A program made the position numbers and the translations under genes. Source: an uncultured Isosphaeraceae bacterium (lineage in GTDB: Bacteria > Planctomycetota > GCA-002687715). Taken from it: a DNA stretch of 64,000 nucleotides. Shown here piece by piece: positions 20,818-31,093 of the stretch. How positions within the stretch are numbered: position 1 is the stretch's first letter; each line of letters starts with the position of its first letter. The DNA is taken from NCBI GenBank assembly GCA_964507445.1, contig CAZDQF010000017.1, forward strand, positions 28,613 through 92,612, read 5' to 3'. The notes beneath the pieces were generated by a model. That model had not been told where the DNA came from. It ran no database searches and saw only the letters and a program-made list of their open reading frames with translations.

Positions 20818-22134
20818 TCAGGACCCGATGGCGCGATCCACCACGTGCAACGCCTTGTCAATGATGGCGAAGCCCTCCCGCAGCTGCTCCTCGTTGATCA
20901 CCAGGGGCGGGTTGACGAAGAAGGTCCCCCCCCAGACCACGGTGAACAGGCCGCGGTTCAGCAGCTCGGCGTTGAACTCCTTCATCACCGGGTGGGCGCC
21001 CCTGAAAGGCACCAGCCGGGCACCGTCCTGCGTACCCAATTCCACCAGACCGAACAGCCCGATGTTCCGTGTGGTGCGCACGGAGGGGTGGGCCTCCTCA
21101 AGGCGCTCCATCTCCTCCCGCATGACCGGTCCCAGACGAGCGGCGTTGCCGACCAGATCCTCGTCAGCGATGACGTCCAGCACCGCGAGGGCCGTGGCGC
21201 AGGCCAGGGCGTGGGAGTTGTAGGTCAACCCACCCCAGTACACGTTCTCGCGGAAGTGCTCCGCCAGGTGGCGGCGCATGCCCACGGCCCCCATGGGGAC
21301 GTAGGAGCTGGTCAGGCCCTTCGCCATGGTCACGAGATCCGGGACGATCCCCGCGTGCTCGAAGGCGAACATCCTGCCCGTCCGACCGAACCCGGACATG
21401 ACCTCGTCGCACACCAGGAGGATGCCGTGGCGCTCGGTCAGCTCCCTGACGCCTTCCACCCAGCCCGCCGGGGGCGGGACGACGCCGTTGGTGCCGATGA
21501 TCGGCTCCATGAAGAAGGCGGCGATGTGCTCGGGGCCCTCGTACTGGATCACCTCCTCCAGGTAGGTCAGGTGATTGCGCGTGATCTCCTCCGCGGACTC
21601 GCCGAAGGAGTAGTCGTAGGGCTGCGGGTCCATGACACGCACCACCCCCGGCATCCCCGGCTCATGTTGCAGGCGCCGCGGGTCACCGGACAGCTGCATG
21701 CAGGCGTGGGTACCCCCGTGGTAGCTGCGGTATCGGGACAGGATCTTGTGCCGGCCCGTGTACTGCCGCGACACGTTGATGGCGCTCTCGTTGGCGTCCG
21801 CCCCTCCGAGGGTGAAGAAGAAGGCGTCCATGTCCCCGGGCATGATGGCCGCCAGCCGCTCACCGAGGCGGGCGCGAGGCTCCGTGGCCGATCCGGGCCA
21901 GGCGAAGGTCAGCTTGTCCATCTGCTCCTTCATGGCTTCGAGGACGCGAGGGTGGCCGTGGCCCACGTGGACGGACATGAGCTGGCTGTTGAAGTCCAGG
22001 TACCGCTTGCCGTCCGGGTCCGTGAAGTGCACCCCCTGAGCGCTCTCCACCGGCAGGGGCTTCACCTGTCCGGTGGCGGACCACGCGAACAAGGTGTGCT
22101 CCTGACAGAGCCGGATCATCTCCTCTGCATTCAT
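20818..22134 (-). CDS. Class III (omega) aminotransferase, beta-alanine/3-aminoisobutyrate--pyruvate transaminase-like
   Basis: …LLVCDEVMSGFGRTGRMFAFEH… with the PLP-lysine in DLVTMAKGL. It lies 4 nt downstream of mmsA. Confidence 0.85.
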   Translation of the reverse strand: MNAEEMIRLCQEHTLFAWSATGQVKPLPVESAQGVHFTDPDGKRYLDFNSQLMSVHVGHGHPRVLEAMKEQMDKLTFAWPGSATEPRARLGERLAAIMPGDMDAFFFTLGGADANESAINVSRQYTGRHKILSRYRSYHGGTHACMQLSGDPRRLQHEPGMPGVVRVMDPQPYDYSFGESAEEITRNHLTYLEEVIQYEGPEHIAAFFMEPIIGTNGVVPPPAGWVEGVRELTERHGILLVCDEVMSGFGRTGRMFAFEHAGIVPDLVTMAKGLTSSYVPMGAVGMRRHLAEHFRENVYWGGLTYNSHALACATALAVLDVIADEDLVGNAARLGPVMREEMERLEEAHPSVRTTRNIGLFGLVELGTQDGARLVPFRGAHPVMKEFNAELLNRGLFTVVWGGTFFVNPPLVINEEQLREGFAIIDKALHVVDRAIGS

Positions 22135-22138
22135 CGCT

Positions 22139-23626
22139 TCAGCTCATCCATGTCTGGTCTCTCTGCGACGCCCACTTGGACGTGATCTTCCGTGGTCGGG
22201 TCCAGAACCGGAACCCGTCCCGGCCCGTGAGGTTGCCGTGTCCGAACAGGGAGTTGTTCCAGCCACCGAACCCGAAGGGCTCCCGCGGCACCGGCACCCC
22301 CACGTTGACGCCGCACATGCCCGCGGACACCCGCTCCATGACCTCCCGGGCCACCTCCCCGGAGGTGGTGTAGACGCTGGAGGCGTTGCCGTACTCGGAC
22401 CCGTTCTCCACGGCGATGGCCTGATCCAGGCTGTCCACGCGGATCACGGAGAGCACCGGCCCGAACACCTCCTCGCTGCCCACGGGCATCTCCGGCCGGA
22501 CGCCGTCGAGGATCGTGGGGCCGACCCAGTACCCGCCGTCCGTGGCCCGCTGCCCCCGACCGTCCACCAGCACCCGGGCCCCGGCCGCCACGGCGGCGTC
22601 GATGTAGGCGTTGATACGCTCCATGGAGTGCTGGCTGGTGACCGGTCCCATGTCCTCCCCCACCCGGATACCGGCGGCGCTCTGCACCACCTCGTCCAGG
22701 ATGTGATCCACGTCGCCGACCCCCAACATGACCGACGCGGCCATGCAACGTTGACCGGCGCATCCGGTGAAGGAGTCCACCACATTCCGGGCGGTCAATT
22801 CCACATCAGCGTCGGGGACGACGATGAGGTGGTTCTTGGCGCCGCCGAGGCACAGCAGGCGCTTGCCCGTGGCGGCTCCCCGTTCGTAGACGTTCCGGGC
22901 GACGGCCGTGGACCCCACGAACGCCAGGGCCGCGATGTCAGGAGCAACCGCCAACGCCTCCACCGCCTCGCGGCCACCGTTCACCACGTTCAGGATCCCG
23001 TCCGGGAGCCCCGCCTCCTTGAACAACGCGGCCAGACGCTGCATGGACAGGGGCACCTGCTCCGAGGGTTTGATGATGAAGGCGTTGCCGCCGACGATGG
23101 CCTGGGGGAGCATCCACATGGGGACCATCACCGGGAAGTTGAAGGGGCAGATCCCCGCCACGACCCCCAGGGGCTCGTGCACCATCATGCAGTTGACGCC
23201 GCGGCTCACGTCCAGCTGCTGTCCCGTGGCCAGGTTGGGCAGCGAGCACCCGAACTCGACGCACTCGATGGCCTTGGCCACGCTGGCGGACGCCTCCGCG
23301 AAGGTCTTGCCGTTCTCGTGGGACGCCAGCCACGCCAGCTCTTCCTGGTCACGGATCAGGAGCTCGCGCAGCCCATAGAACACCTGCGCCCGGTCCCGGA
23401 TGGACGCCTGCCCCCAGCTGGGCTGGGCCGCCCGCGCCGCCTTCACGGCCGCCTCCACCGCCGCGGCGCCGCTCAACGGGACGCGCCCCATGGCCTCACC
23501 GTGCCGCGGATTCACCACGTCCACCAACGCCGCGTCCGGGTCCTCCACGAACACCCCGTCGATGAAGTTCCGCGCGTCCACGAACCGGCGGAAGGCGTAG
23601 CTGGTGGCCTCGAACTTGCCGAGCAT
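22139..23626 (-). CDS. mmsA: Methylmalonate-semialdehyde dehydrogenase (CoA-acylating)
   Basis: ALDH fold with the mmsA-type catalytic region FTGCAGQRCMAAS and …FVGSTAVA…. ATG at 23626; the track ORF begins at TTG 23653. Confidence 0.85.
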   Translation of the reverse strand: MLGKFEATSYAFRRFVDARNFIDGVFVEDPDAALVDVVNPRHGEAMGRVPLSGAAAVEAAVKAARAAQPSWGQASIRDRAQVFYGLRELLIRDQEELAWLASHENGKTFAEASASVAKAIECVEFGCSLPNLATGQQLDVSRGVNCMMVHEPLGVVAGICPFNFPVMVPMWMLPQAIVGGNAFIIKPSEQVPLSMQRLAALFKEAGLPDGILNVVNGGREAVEALAVAPDIAALAFVGSTAVARNVYERGAATGKRLLCLGGAKNHLIVVPDADVELTARNVVDSFTGCAGQRCMAASVMLGVGDVDHILDEVVQSAAGIRVGEDMGPVTSQHSMERINAYIDAAVAAGARVLVDGRGQRATDGGYWVGPTILDGVRPEMPVGSEEVFGPVLSVIRVDSLDQAIAVENGSEYGNASSVYTTSGEVAREVMERVSAGMCGVNVGVPVPREPFGFGGWNNSLFGHGNLTGRDGFRFWTRPRKITSKWASQRDQTWMS

Positions 23627-23804
23627 GGTGCGGTCTCCGTCAGAGGACGCCAACCGGGCGGGGGGTGCCGCCGGGGTGATCCTCCTGGAAGACCACCGGA
23701 CCGGACGTCGCGGTCATCTCAACGCCGGAGCGCACCGTTGTCCAGCACCGGGTTCAAGCAGAACGGAGTTGGCGAGTACGGACCTGGCAGCGTCGGACTG
23801 CGCC

Positions 23805-26800
23805 TCAGGGGCTGGTGCGGACGTCCACCTGACGGATCCGGATGAGCTCCGCGCCCTCCAGGGGTGCCACGCGGAACCAGCGGACGCCGACCCCCTCGAG
23901 AGGCGGGAACACCGCGGTCCGCTCCACCCACTCACCGTCGGCGGGGATGGGCAGGTTCATGGAGCGCATGGGAGCCTCCCCCGGCATGGAGCCGTAGGCC
24001 ACGTCCACCCTGACGCGAGCCACCTCCTGGTGACGGGAGACCGCGGCCAGCGCCACCTTGACCTGCAACGGCTGCCCCTCGTCCTTCAGCAACGGGCTCA
24101 TGAGCCATGCCTCGTCGCCGGTGGCGGCCCACGTGAACGCTCCCTCCGCGTCCACGGACGCCGCGGTCACCTGCGGCGACAGGATCCAGGCACCTCGGAT
24201 CGCCTCCCCATCGTGGGACAAGGCTGCGGGGTCCGCCCCCTCCGCACCGCGCCCCGGAAACGACAGCGGCAGGGTGCGTTCGAACGCCGCGGGCACGTTC
24301 ACCGCGTCGGCTCCGGGCCAGACCCCTGCCAGGCGCACGGACAGGTCCCCCCCTTCCGCGGGCGCCACCCCGGGCAACCACACCCACGCGGTCTCACCGG
24401 CCGGGAGTCCGCCGTCCGCCAGGGGGAGCTTCCTCACGCTGAAGGGCAGCCGATCCTCACCACGGGCAAAGCCCGCCAGGAACAGGGGCGCCACAGGCCA
24501 GCGGCCTCCGGGCAGGAAGGCCGGCCCCGGATTCCGCACCCGAGCACGCCACAGCCCGGGCTGCGACGGCACCTGAGACACCAGGGGCGACGCCTCCACC
24601 TCCTCGATCACCAAGGGGAGGCGATCCGGCGCCCGGAGCGCCGCGGGCAGATGGCGCGCCGCCGTCTTCCACGCGTCCACGGCGCCGCTGGCACGCACAC
24701 GGTCACACAGGGCGTCCCGTTCTTCCGTTCGGCCCAGCAGATGCCACGAGCGCGCCGCCTGCAACAGGCACGGCGCGGCGGAACGATCGTCTCCCAGTGA
24801 CGCCGCGGCCTTCAACCAGAGGTCCACGGCCGCCCGCGTCCGCCCTGCGGCCGCACCATCCCGGGCCTCCGCGGCCGCACGACCTGCCGCCTCGAGCTCG
24901 GCGCGACGCGCCGGCCCCAGGACCTGATCCGCCACCTGACGGGCGCGCTGCTGCCCCTCCGGGTCCCACGCGGAGAGAGAGGCGGACCAGGCGATGGCGG
25001 CGTCCGCGGGATCAAGCCGCGACAGCAACGAGAGGGCGGCGGCCCGCACCCGATGATCTACGAACGGCTCCTGCAGCAGGTCCCAGAGCGCCGGGACCAC
25101 GGAAGAGGCAGGCACGCCGGCGAGGCCCTCCAGCACCAGCACCGCACGCTCCGGATGGGTCGCCAGCGGAACGACGCGGGCCTCGAGAGAGGGACGGTGC
25201 GAGGCGTCCCCCGACATGCTCAGGCCCACCTGACCCAGGAGCCGATCCAACCCTCGCGGCCCCGCCGCCGCACCCTGCAAGACCGTACGCCCGGCGTCGT
25301 CCCCGGCCCGCGCCAGCATCACCGCGGCGCGCAGCGCGACAGGTCGCGGCGCCGTCAACAGAGACCGCAGGGTCTCGTCGCGCTCCTCGGCGGCGGTCCG
25401 GTCGTCCCGCGGCCCCCGCAACAACAAGTCCAGCCCCGCCACGGCGCTGGCCCACCCATGGTCCGGCGCCAGCAGGCCCCAGGCGAAGGGGCGCACATCC
25501 GATCCCAGCACCGGCTCACAGGCCAGCAACAGGAGCCGACGCTCCCGCTCGCCCACCCCGGGGTCCTGGAGCACCAGGGGCAACGCCTCCCTCAGGCCCG
25601 GCTCCCGACCCCGCACCGCCTTCATGAGCCGCCCGACGCGCTCCTCCGACGGCAGCTCGCGGACCTGATCCAGCAAGCCCGGCGCGGCCTCCACCGGGTC
25701 ACGGTTGATGGTCCTGCACTCCCGCTTCAACACCGCCAGCATGCCCTGCATGCGCGCCAGGACATCGGGTCGCTCGGCGGCGACGTTCAACAACTCCCCC
25801 GGGTCCACCGCCATGTCATAGAGCTCGGCGATGCCGTCCGTGGGGTTCCAGATGAACTTGTACTGCTCGTGACGGAAGGCGTCCCGGTTGGCGGAGGTGG
25901 AGGACAGCTCCGCGATGGTCCCGGGGAGCTCCGCCAGCTGCACCTGCTCCGGTGCGTCCTCGTCGCCGTCGCCTCCGAGCATGAGGGGGATCAGGCTGCT
26001 GCCCTGCAAGGGGAGCTCGTGGTCGATGTCGAGCAGGTCGAGCACCGTGGGCATGATGTCCACGTTCTCCACCAGGTTGGTGATGACCCGCGGCCCCACC
26101 TGGGGGGCGCGCACGATCAAGGGAACATGGAGCTGTTCTTCATAGAGGGTCGAGCCGTGATACCAGGTGCCGTGGTGGCCGAAGGCCTCGCCGTGGTCCG
26201 AGTTCACCACGATGACCGTCCTGTCCAGTTCCCCTCGCTCCCGCAGGGCCTCCATGACCCTGCCGATCTCCGCGTCGGCGCGGGCGATCTCCGACAGGTA
26301 GCGCTCCTCGAGACCGTTGCCGAAGTCGTGCTCCTCGTGGAATCGATAGGGGCGGTGCGGCTCCATGTAGTGCAGCCACAGGCACCACCGGCGATCCCCC
26401 GCCTGCTCCAGGAAGGTCAGGGCGCAGTGGGTCTGCGCCGGCCCGTCATATCGCCAGGTCTTGGGTCTCCCCGGCTGGACCACCTCGAAGCCCTCGGCCA
26501 TGACCTGGTATTGACCGGCGCCCAGCTCCGTCGCCGGCACCCCCGGGACCGTCCCCGTGTAGAACCCGCGCTCTCGCAGCAGGCCCGCGAGGGTCAGGTT
26601 GTTCTCCTGTCGCTCGTCGATGTCGCGGCTGGACCGGAACAGCGGCGTGGCCGTGGGGTATCGGCCGTAGAACATGGACTGGAAGGAGTAGTGGGTGATG
26701 GGGAATTGGGACGCCGCGTTGGCGAACCGGGTCCCCTTGGCGGCCAGCTGGTCCAGCACCGGCGTGGTCACCGGACGCCGACCGTAGCAGGACAGCCCGT

Positions 26801-27710
26801 CGGCCCTCAGGGTGTCCACGGTGATCCAGAGCAGGTTCCAGTCCCCGCGGTCCGGCACCGCGGCGTCCAGTCGGCTCCGGATGCGATCGCGACGGGCGGG
26901 GCTCAACTCCGCCAGCCTGCGAGCGGCGAACCCCTCGTCCTCCGTCACGTCACCGCGGTCCGTCTCGGAGCGCGACAGCAGCCGCCACAGATCCAGGCAC
27001 CGGGCGCCGTAACGGGTGCGCTCTCGAAACGCGAAGCGGACGAAGTCCTCCGGCGGCGCCAGCGCCGCGAGGAGCCCCGCCACCAGCACCAGCGTCATGC
27101 CCCGCCCGGCGCCGTGGCCGCACTTGGCGCTCCAGGGGATCGCCACCGCCAGCCCCAGGCACGCCATCACCAGGACCCACAGGATGGTGCGCAGGTAGCC
27201 GTACGCTCCCAGGACCGCCCATGTATCCAGGGTGTCTCCGCAGACCGCCGCGGCGACGAACACGGACGCCACGACGGCCCCTCCCAACGAGGATCCGGAC
27301 CGGCCCGCGGCGAAGGCCAGCACCCGGACGAACACCGCGGCGCCGACCGCCACCGCCAGAGGAGTCACCAGCCGCAACGGCCACACCATGGGGTGGTCGC
27401 TGATGGCGGGACCGGAGTAGAGCTTCCAGGAGAGGGCCGCGCCCAGCCCCAGGCCCACCAGCGCCGCCGCCCGGTCGCGCCCGCGCGGGGCCAGCCGCCG
27501 CCCGGTGACGGTCATGAACCCGAACAACAGCCCCAGCGCCGCGCCCGTGACTCCGTAGCGGCCCAGCAACGCCATGCACAGGGGGATCACGTTGCCCGAC
27601 GACTGGGATCCCAGGGCCGCGACGCCCCGGGCCGTATCCACCAGACCGATCCCCAGGCCGCCCACCGCGCCGGCGACACAGACCACCACGAGGGTCCGCG
27701 GAGCGCTCAT
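23805..27710 (-). CDS. About 1300-aa membrane protein made of N-terminal multi-TM helices, an LtaS/sulfatase-like alkaline-phosphatase-superfamily domain (Thr in place of the FGly-Cys) and a roughly 700-aa HEAT-like/beta-rich C-terminal extension
   Basis: WITVDTLRADGLSCYG metal-binding N-motif. The nucleophile position reads ...FPITHYSF... and the sulfatase C-x-P-x-R is absent. Alpha-repeat stretches follow (…LLQDPGVGERERRLLLLACEPVLG…). ATG at 27710 overlaps the upstream stop (ATGA). Confidence 0.7.
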   Translation of the reverse strand: MSAPRTLVVVCVAGAVGGLGIGLVDTARGVAALGSQSSGNVIPLCMALLGRYGVTGAALGLLFGFMTVTGRRLAPRGRDRAAALVGLGLGAALSWKLYSGPAISDHPMVWPLRLVTPLAVAVGAAVFVRVLAFAAGRSGSSLGGAVVASVFVAAAVCGDTLDTWAVLGAYGYLRTILWVLVMACLGLAVAIPWSAKCGHGAGRGMTLVLVAGLLAALAPPEDFVRFAFRERTRYGARCLDLWRLLSRSETDRGDVTEDEGFAARRLAELSPARRDRIRSRLDAAVPDRGDWNLLWITVDTLRADGLSCYGRRPVTTPVLDQLAAKGTRFANAASQFPITHYSFQSMFYGRYPTATPLFRSSRDIDERQENNLTLAGLLRERGFYTGTVPGVPATELGAGQYQVMAEGFEVVQPGRPKTWRYDGPAQTHCALTFLEQAGDRRWCLWLHYMEPHRPYRFHEEHDFGNGLEERYLSEIARADAEIGRVMEALRERGELDRTVIVVNSDHGEAFGHHGTWYHGSTLYEEQLHVPLIVRAPQVGPRVITNLVENVDIMPTVLDLLDIDHELPLQGSSLIPLMLGGDGDEDAPEQVQLAELPGTIAELSSTSANRDAFRHEQYKFIWNPTDGIAELYDMAVDPGELLNVAAERPDVLARMQGMLAVLKRECRTINRDPVEAAPGLLDQVRELPSEERVGRLMKAVRGREPGLREALPLVLQDPGVGERERRLLLLACEPVLGSDVRPFAWGLLAPDHGWASAVAGLDLLLRGPRDDRTAAEERDETLRSLLTAPRPVALRAAVMLARAGDDAGRTVLQGAAAGPRGLDRLLGQVGLSMSGDASHRPSLEARVVPLATHPERAVLVLEGLAGVPASSVVPALWDLLQEPFVDHRVRAAALSLLSRLDPADAAIAWSASLSAWDPEGQQRARQVADQVLGPARRAELEAAGRAAAEARDGAAAGRTRAAVDLWLKAAASLGDDRSAAPCLLQAARSWHLLGRTEERDALCDRVRASGAVDAWKTAARHLPAALRAPDRLPLVIEEVEASPLVSQVPSQPGLWRARVRNPGPAFLPGGRWPVAPLFLAGFARGEDRLPFSVRKLPLADGGLPAGETAWVWLPGVAPAEGGDLSVRLAGVWPGADAVNVPAAFERTLPLSFPGRGAEGADPAALSHDGEAIRGAWILSPQVTAASVDAEGAFTWAATGDEAWLMSPLLKDEGQPLQVKVALAAVSRHQEVARVRVDVAYGSMPGEAPMRSMNLPIPADGEWVERTAVFPPLEGVGVRWFRVAPLEGAELIRIRQVDVRTSP

Positions 27711-28348
27711 GAGCTCACCCCTCCCGGCCCTCCACCGAGCAGTCCATGGTTCCACGCAGCCACCACGGGGGCGTCCCCCTGATAGCGAATGACGCTGAGT
27801 CCGAACGGGTCGAGCTGCATACGCTGCACCTGTTCCAACCCTACCCCCAGGGCGTTGGCCAGCAGGCAACGAATCGGCCCGGCGTGGCCGACGTAACAGA
27901 CCACCTGCCGCTGCTGCCGCCGCAGCTCGGCGTTGACCCCCTTGAGGACGCGGCGGGAGACGGTCACCAGGCTCTCCCCCTCGGGAGGTTCGGAGCGGCA
28001 GAAGTCATGCAGGAACTCCACCGCCGCGGCCTCCTCGCTGGCCACGATCTCGCTCCACGCCCTCCCCTGCCAGGACCCGAAGCGCTGCTCTCGCAGATCG
28101 CGGCGCACGCCGAGGGAGGCGTCCGCGTACCGCGCGATGCGCTCCGCCGTGCCGCGGGCGCGGCGCAGGTCCGACGTGATGACACGGCTGGGGTTCAGGG
28201 TGGCGATGGTCTCGCAGACCTGCCGCTCGTCCGCCGAGGCCTCGCGGGCGAGGGGCGGGTCCGACTGGCCGAGGGCCGCCTGGTCCCACCGAGCGGCCAC
28301 GGGGCCCCGTCGAAGCAACAGCAGGGTGGCGTGGATCTCTCGCGCCAC
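27707..28348 (-). CDS. Histidine phosphatase (phosphoglycerate-mutase-like) family protein
   Basis: 213 aa; …VVCYVGHAGPIRCLLANALG… is characteristic of the CobC/PGM-like branch. It is translationally coupled to the downstream giant gene. Confidence 0.65.
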   Translation of the reverse strand: MAREIHATLLLLRRGPVAARWDQAALGQSDPPLAREASADERQVCETIATLNPSRVITSDLRRARGTAERIARYADASLGVRRDLREQRFGSWQGRAWSEIVASEEAAAVEFLHDFCRSEPPEGESLVTVSRRVLKGVNAELRRQQRQVVCYVGHAGPIRCLLANALGVGLEQVQRMQLDPFGLSVIRYQGDAPVVAAWNHGLLGGGPGGVSS

Positions 28349-28350
28349 GG

Positions 28351-29127
28351 TCAGCTCCTCCTCCGCAGCACCAGGGTCACGTCGCCGCAGTTCGGGTGCA
28401 GCCCCCGGTCCGGGTAGCCCTCCTCCTCCATGGCGTGGACCGCCATGAGGTCGAACCCACCCAGGTCCTCCAGGAGCTGGAGCAGCTCCGGGTAGCGAAA
28501 GGTCTGCAGCTCGTACTCGTCATCCAGCCGCGGTGGGCAGGCCGCCACGCTGCTGGTGAGCAACGTCAGCCTGATGGTCTCGCGACAGGTCGCGGGATCA
28601 CGGCGCACGCTCTCGTAGCGCACCGCCGCCATGCCGCCGGATGGGATCAGGGTCGGGGGGCTCTCGAACAGCTCCAGGACCTCCTCGTCCACCCGGTCGC
28701 CGTCGAAGACACAGAGCCCCATGAAGTAGAGGCCCCCGGGGCGCAGCTGACCGTGCACGGACCGCAGGTGCGCGGTCACCGCCTCCAGATCCGGGAGGTG
28801 CCCGACGGAGGCGCTCATGTTCACCGCCACGTCGAAGGGGCCGCCCGTGAACTCCAGGGCGCGCATGTCTCCCTGGATCAGCTCCGCGCCCTCTCCGAGC
28901 CGTCGGCGTGACTCCTCGATCATCACCGCGGACAGGTCGTTGCCCGCCACCCGATGACCGTAGACGGAGAACGGCAGCAGCCAGGTCGCGGGCCCGCAGC
29001 AAGGGTCCATGACCGACTCCCGCGGGCCGTCCATGTACAGGTCAAGCCAGCGGAGCACCTCCTGAAACAGGTCCGGCTCCGGGGCGAGCAGCGTGGCGTA
29101 GACCTCCGGGTGTGCGTAGAGCTTCAT
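28351..29127 (-). CDS. Class I SAM-dependent methyltransferase
   Basis: Motif I (VMDPCCGPATW) and the overall 258-aa MTase fold pattern; its stop directly abuts the phosphatase start. Confidence 0.7.
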   Translation of the reverse strand: MKLYAHPEVYATLLAPEPDLFQEVLRWLDLYMDGPRESVMDPCCGPATWLLPFSVYGHRVAGNDLSAVMIEESRRRLGEGAELIQGDMRALEFTGGPFDVAVNMSASVGHLPDLEAVTAHLRSVHGQLRPGGLYFMGLCVFDGDRVDEEVLELFESPPTLIPSGGMAAVRYESVRRDPATCRETIRLTLLTSSVAACPPRLDDEYELQTFRYPELLQLLEDLGGFDLMAVHAMEEEGYPDRGLHPNCGDVTLVLRRRS

Positions 29128-29175
29128 CTGCGCGCACAGGGTAGCACCCCGCCCGGTCCGGTTAGACTTCCGTCC

Positions 29176-31089
29176 ATGCTGTCTCTGCTGAAGGCCCTTC
29201 GATCCACGCTCAAGACCCTGAACGGCGATTCCACGCCGGCGTCATGCGCCGCCGCGGTGTTGTTCGGCGCCCTGCTGGGGCTCACGCCCTTCGGGTTCCA
29301 CACCGTGCTGCTGTTCGCCCTGTTGCTGGTCTTCCGGGTCCCCGTGGGTCTTGGGATGGTCTGCGGCGCCGTCATGGGCCTGCTACGGCTGGCGGTGCTG
29401 CGGCTGGCCATCGGCCCCCTCGGGGCCACCCTCCTCGCGGAGGGGAGCGCCACCCGGGGCCTCGTGACCTGGCTGCTCGACATCCCCGTGGTGGGCCTGA
29501 TCCCCCTGGAGCGCCACGCGGTCCTGGGAGGTCTGGTCATGGCCTCGGTGATCGGAGCGCTGCTCTGGTATCCGACGGTGCTCCTGGTCCGCCGGTATCG
29601 GGAGCGGCTGCAGGACCGGCTGACCGGCTCCCGCGCCTACGACAAGGTGGCGTGGCTGCTGGGGCGCCCTCCGCAGCCCGACCCCGACCGCAAGGCCCCG
29701 TCCATGATCCGGTTCAAGCTGACGGGGACGGTGCTCGTGCTCCTCGTGCTCCTCGGATGGTGGGGCGCCGGCCCCGCCGTGGATCGGGCGTTGTCCTCGT
29801 CCCTGGAGGAGCTCCTGGCGGAGGACGTGGAGATCGGCCGGGTGACCTGCTCCGTGTTCTCCGGCGACCTGCTCATCGAAGACCTCCGGGTCGGCGGCGA
29901 CGGCGCCGAAGGGACCGAGACCCTGGGGGCGGACCGGGCCCGGGCCAACGTCTCCGTCCTCGACCTGCTGCGACGCAAGGCGGTCATCGAGGACCTGGAG
30001 ATCGACCGGCCCCGGCTGCGGCTGGAGACGGACCAGGACGGCAAGCTGGTGATCCTCAAGCGCCACGAAGAGCGCGACCGGGAGACCGGCCTGGACCCGG
30101 TGGAGATCCTCCAGGTCGCCCGCGAGAATCACGGCAAGCTGAGCGAAGCCCGCGACTGGTTGCAGCGGGTCCGCGAGCTGATGGCCTATCTGGGAGCCCG
30201 GGACGACGCCGCGGAGGAGCAGGACCTGCTCGACTTCACGGAGCTGCCGGAGCTCGGCCCTCGGCTGGTGGTGGGGTCTCTGCGCATCAGCGGGCTCCGC
30301 GTCGGCCTGGGAGACGACGGTCCCGCGCTGCGGGAGTTCCGCATCGACGGCACCCAGATCAGCACCGACCCTGCGCGCCACCCGGAGCCCATGACCGCCG
30401 GGGTCACCGGGCTGCTGGGGACCGACGACCCGGCGAACCTGGTGCTGCAGAGCACGTCGCGGAGCGCGGGGGGCGTGCTGCGGGTGGACTTCCCATCCGG
30501 CGAGCTCAGCAACGTGGGGGTCTCCATGATCGGGCCCTTGCTCTCCGACACCCTTCCCTTCGTCTTCAAGGGCGGCACCGTGGCCCTGGATCTGGGGGAA
30601 CCCAACGACTGGATCACCGGTGACGGCCGGCTCGACCTCACCACTCGCCTGATCCTGAAGGACATCCGGGTGGCCCCCCGCCCCGGCTTCAAGACCCTGG
30701 CGGGCATCGACGCGGGCAAGCTCTGCGCCGCCATCTCCGACGCCGGGACCTTCGGGCTCGACGTCCGGGTGAGCGGGGACTCCTCCGATCCTCAGGTGGA
30801 CGTGGGCGACACCATGGACAACCTCATGCGGCTGGGAGCGGCGGCCTTCCGCAAGCAGGCCCTGGGAGAGCTGGAGCGACGCTACCCCGGCATCGGCGCC
30901 GTCCTCTCCAACGACGGGCCCCTGGGGCTGCCCACGGACGCGGCCGGGATCGCCGGCGCCGTGGGTGGGCTCCTCGACCTGAAGAAGAAGCCCTTGGGGT
31001 CCGGCGCCAAGCCCGACCCCAAGGATGAGCTCATCAAGGGCCTCGGCGGCCTGCTGGGCGGCAAGAAGAACAAGAAGAAGAAGGACTGA
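29176..31089 (+). CDS. Membrane protein with an N-terminal DUF2062-like domain and a long AsmA/DUF748-like C-terminal region; the C-terminus is KKNKKKKD
   Basis: ATG at 29176 (MLSLLKALRSTLKTL…, TM helices), then roughly 500 aa of beta-rich repeats. Confidence 0.55.
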   Translation: MLSLLKALRSTLKTLNGDSTPASCAAAVLFGALLGLTPFGFHTVLLFALLLVFRVPVGLGMVCGAVMGLLRLAVLRLAIGPLGATLLAEGSATRGLVTWLLDIPVVGLIPLERHAVLGGLVMASVIGALLWYPTVLLVRRYRERLQDRLTGSRAYDKVAWLLGRPPQPDPDRKAPSMIRFKLTGTVLVLLVLLGWWGAGPAVDRALSSSLEELLAEDVEIGRVTCSVFSGDLLIEDLRVGGDGAEGTETLGADRARANVSVLDLLRRKAVIEDLEIDRPRLRLETDQDGKLVILKRHEERDRETGLDPVEILQVARENHGKLSEARDWLQRVRELMAYLGARDDAAEEQDLLDFTELPELGPRLVVGSLRISGLRVGLGDDGPALREFRIDGTQISTDPARHPEPMTAGVTGLLGTDDPANLVLQSTSRSAGGVLRVDFPSGELSNVGVSMIGPLLSDTLPFVFKGGTVALDLGEPNDWITGDGRLDLTTRLILKDIRVAPRPGFKTLAGIDAGKLCAAISDAGTFGLDVRVSGDSSDPQVDVGDTMDNLMRLGAAAFRKQALGELERRYPGIGAVLSNDGPLGLPTDAAGIAGAVGGLLDLKKKPLGSGAKPDPKDELIKGLGGLLGGKKNKKKKD

Positions 31090-31093
31090 AGAG

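Noticed and set aside
18934-22185. 1083-aa plus-strand ORF spanning the top6B and aminotransferase genes
   Set aside because: It is the antisense of two genes with clear family motifs. Its composition is dominated by R/G/L/H/P and it has no recognisable domains.
25053-27782. 909-aa plus-strand ORF antisense to the LtaS-like gene
   Set aside because: Same reasoning: an R/G/P/H-rich antisense frame of a gene whose sense strand has clear sulfatase-fold motifs and TM helices.
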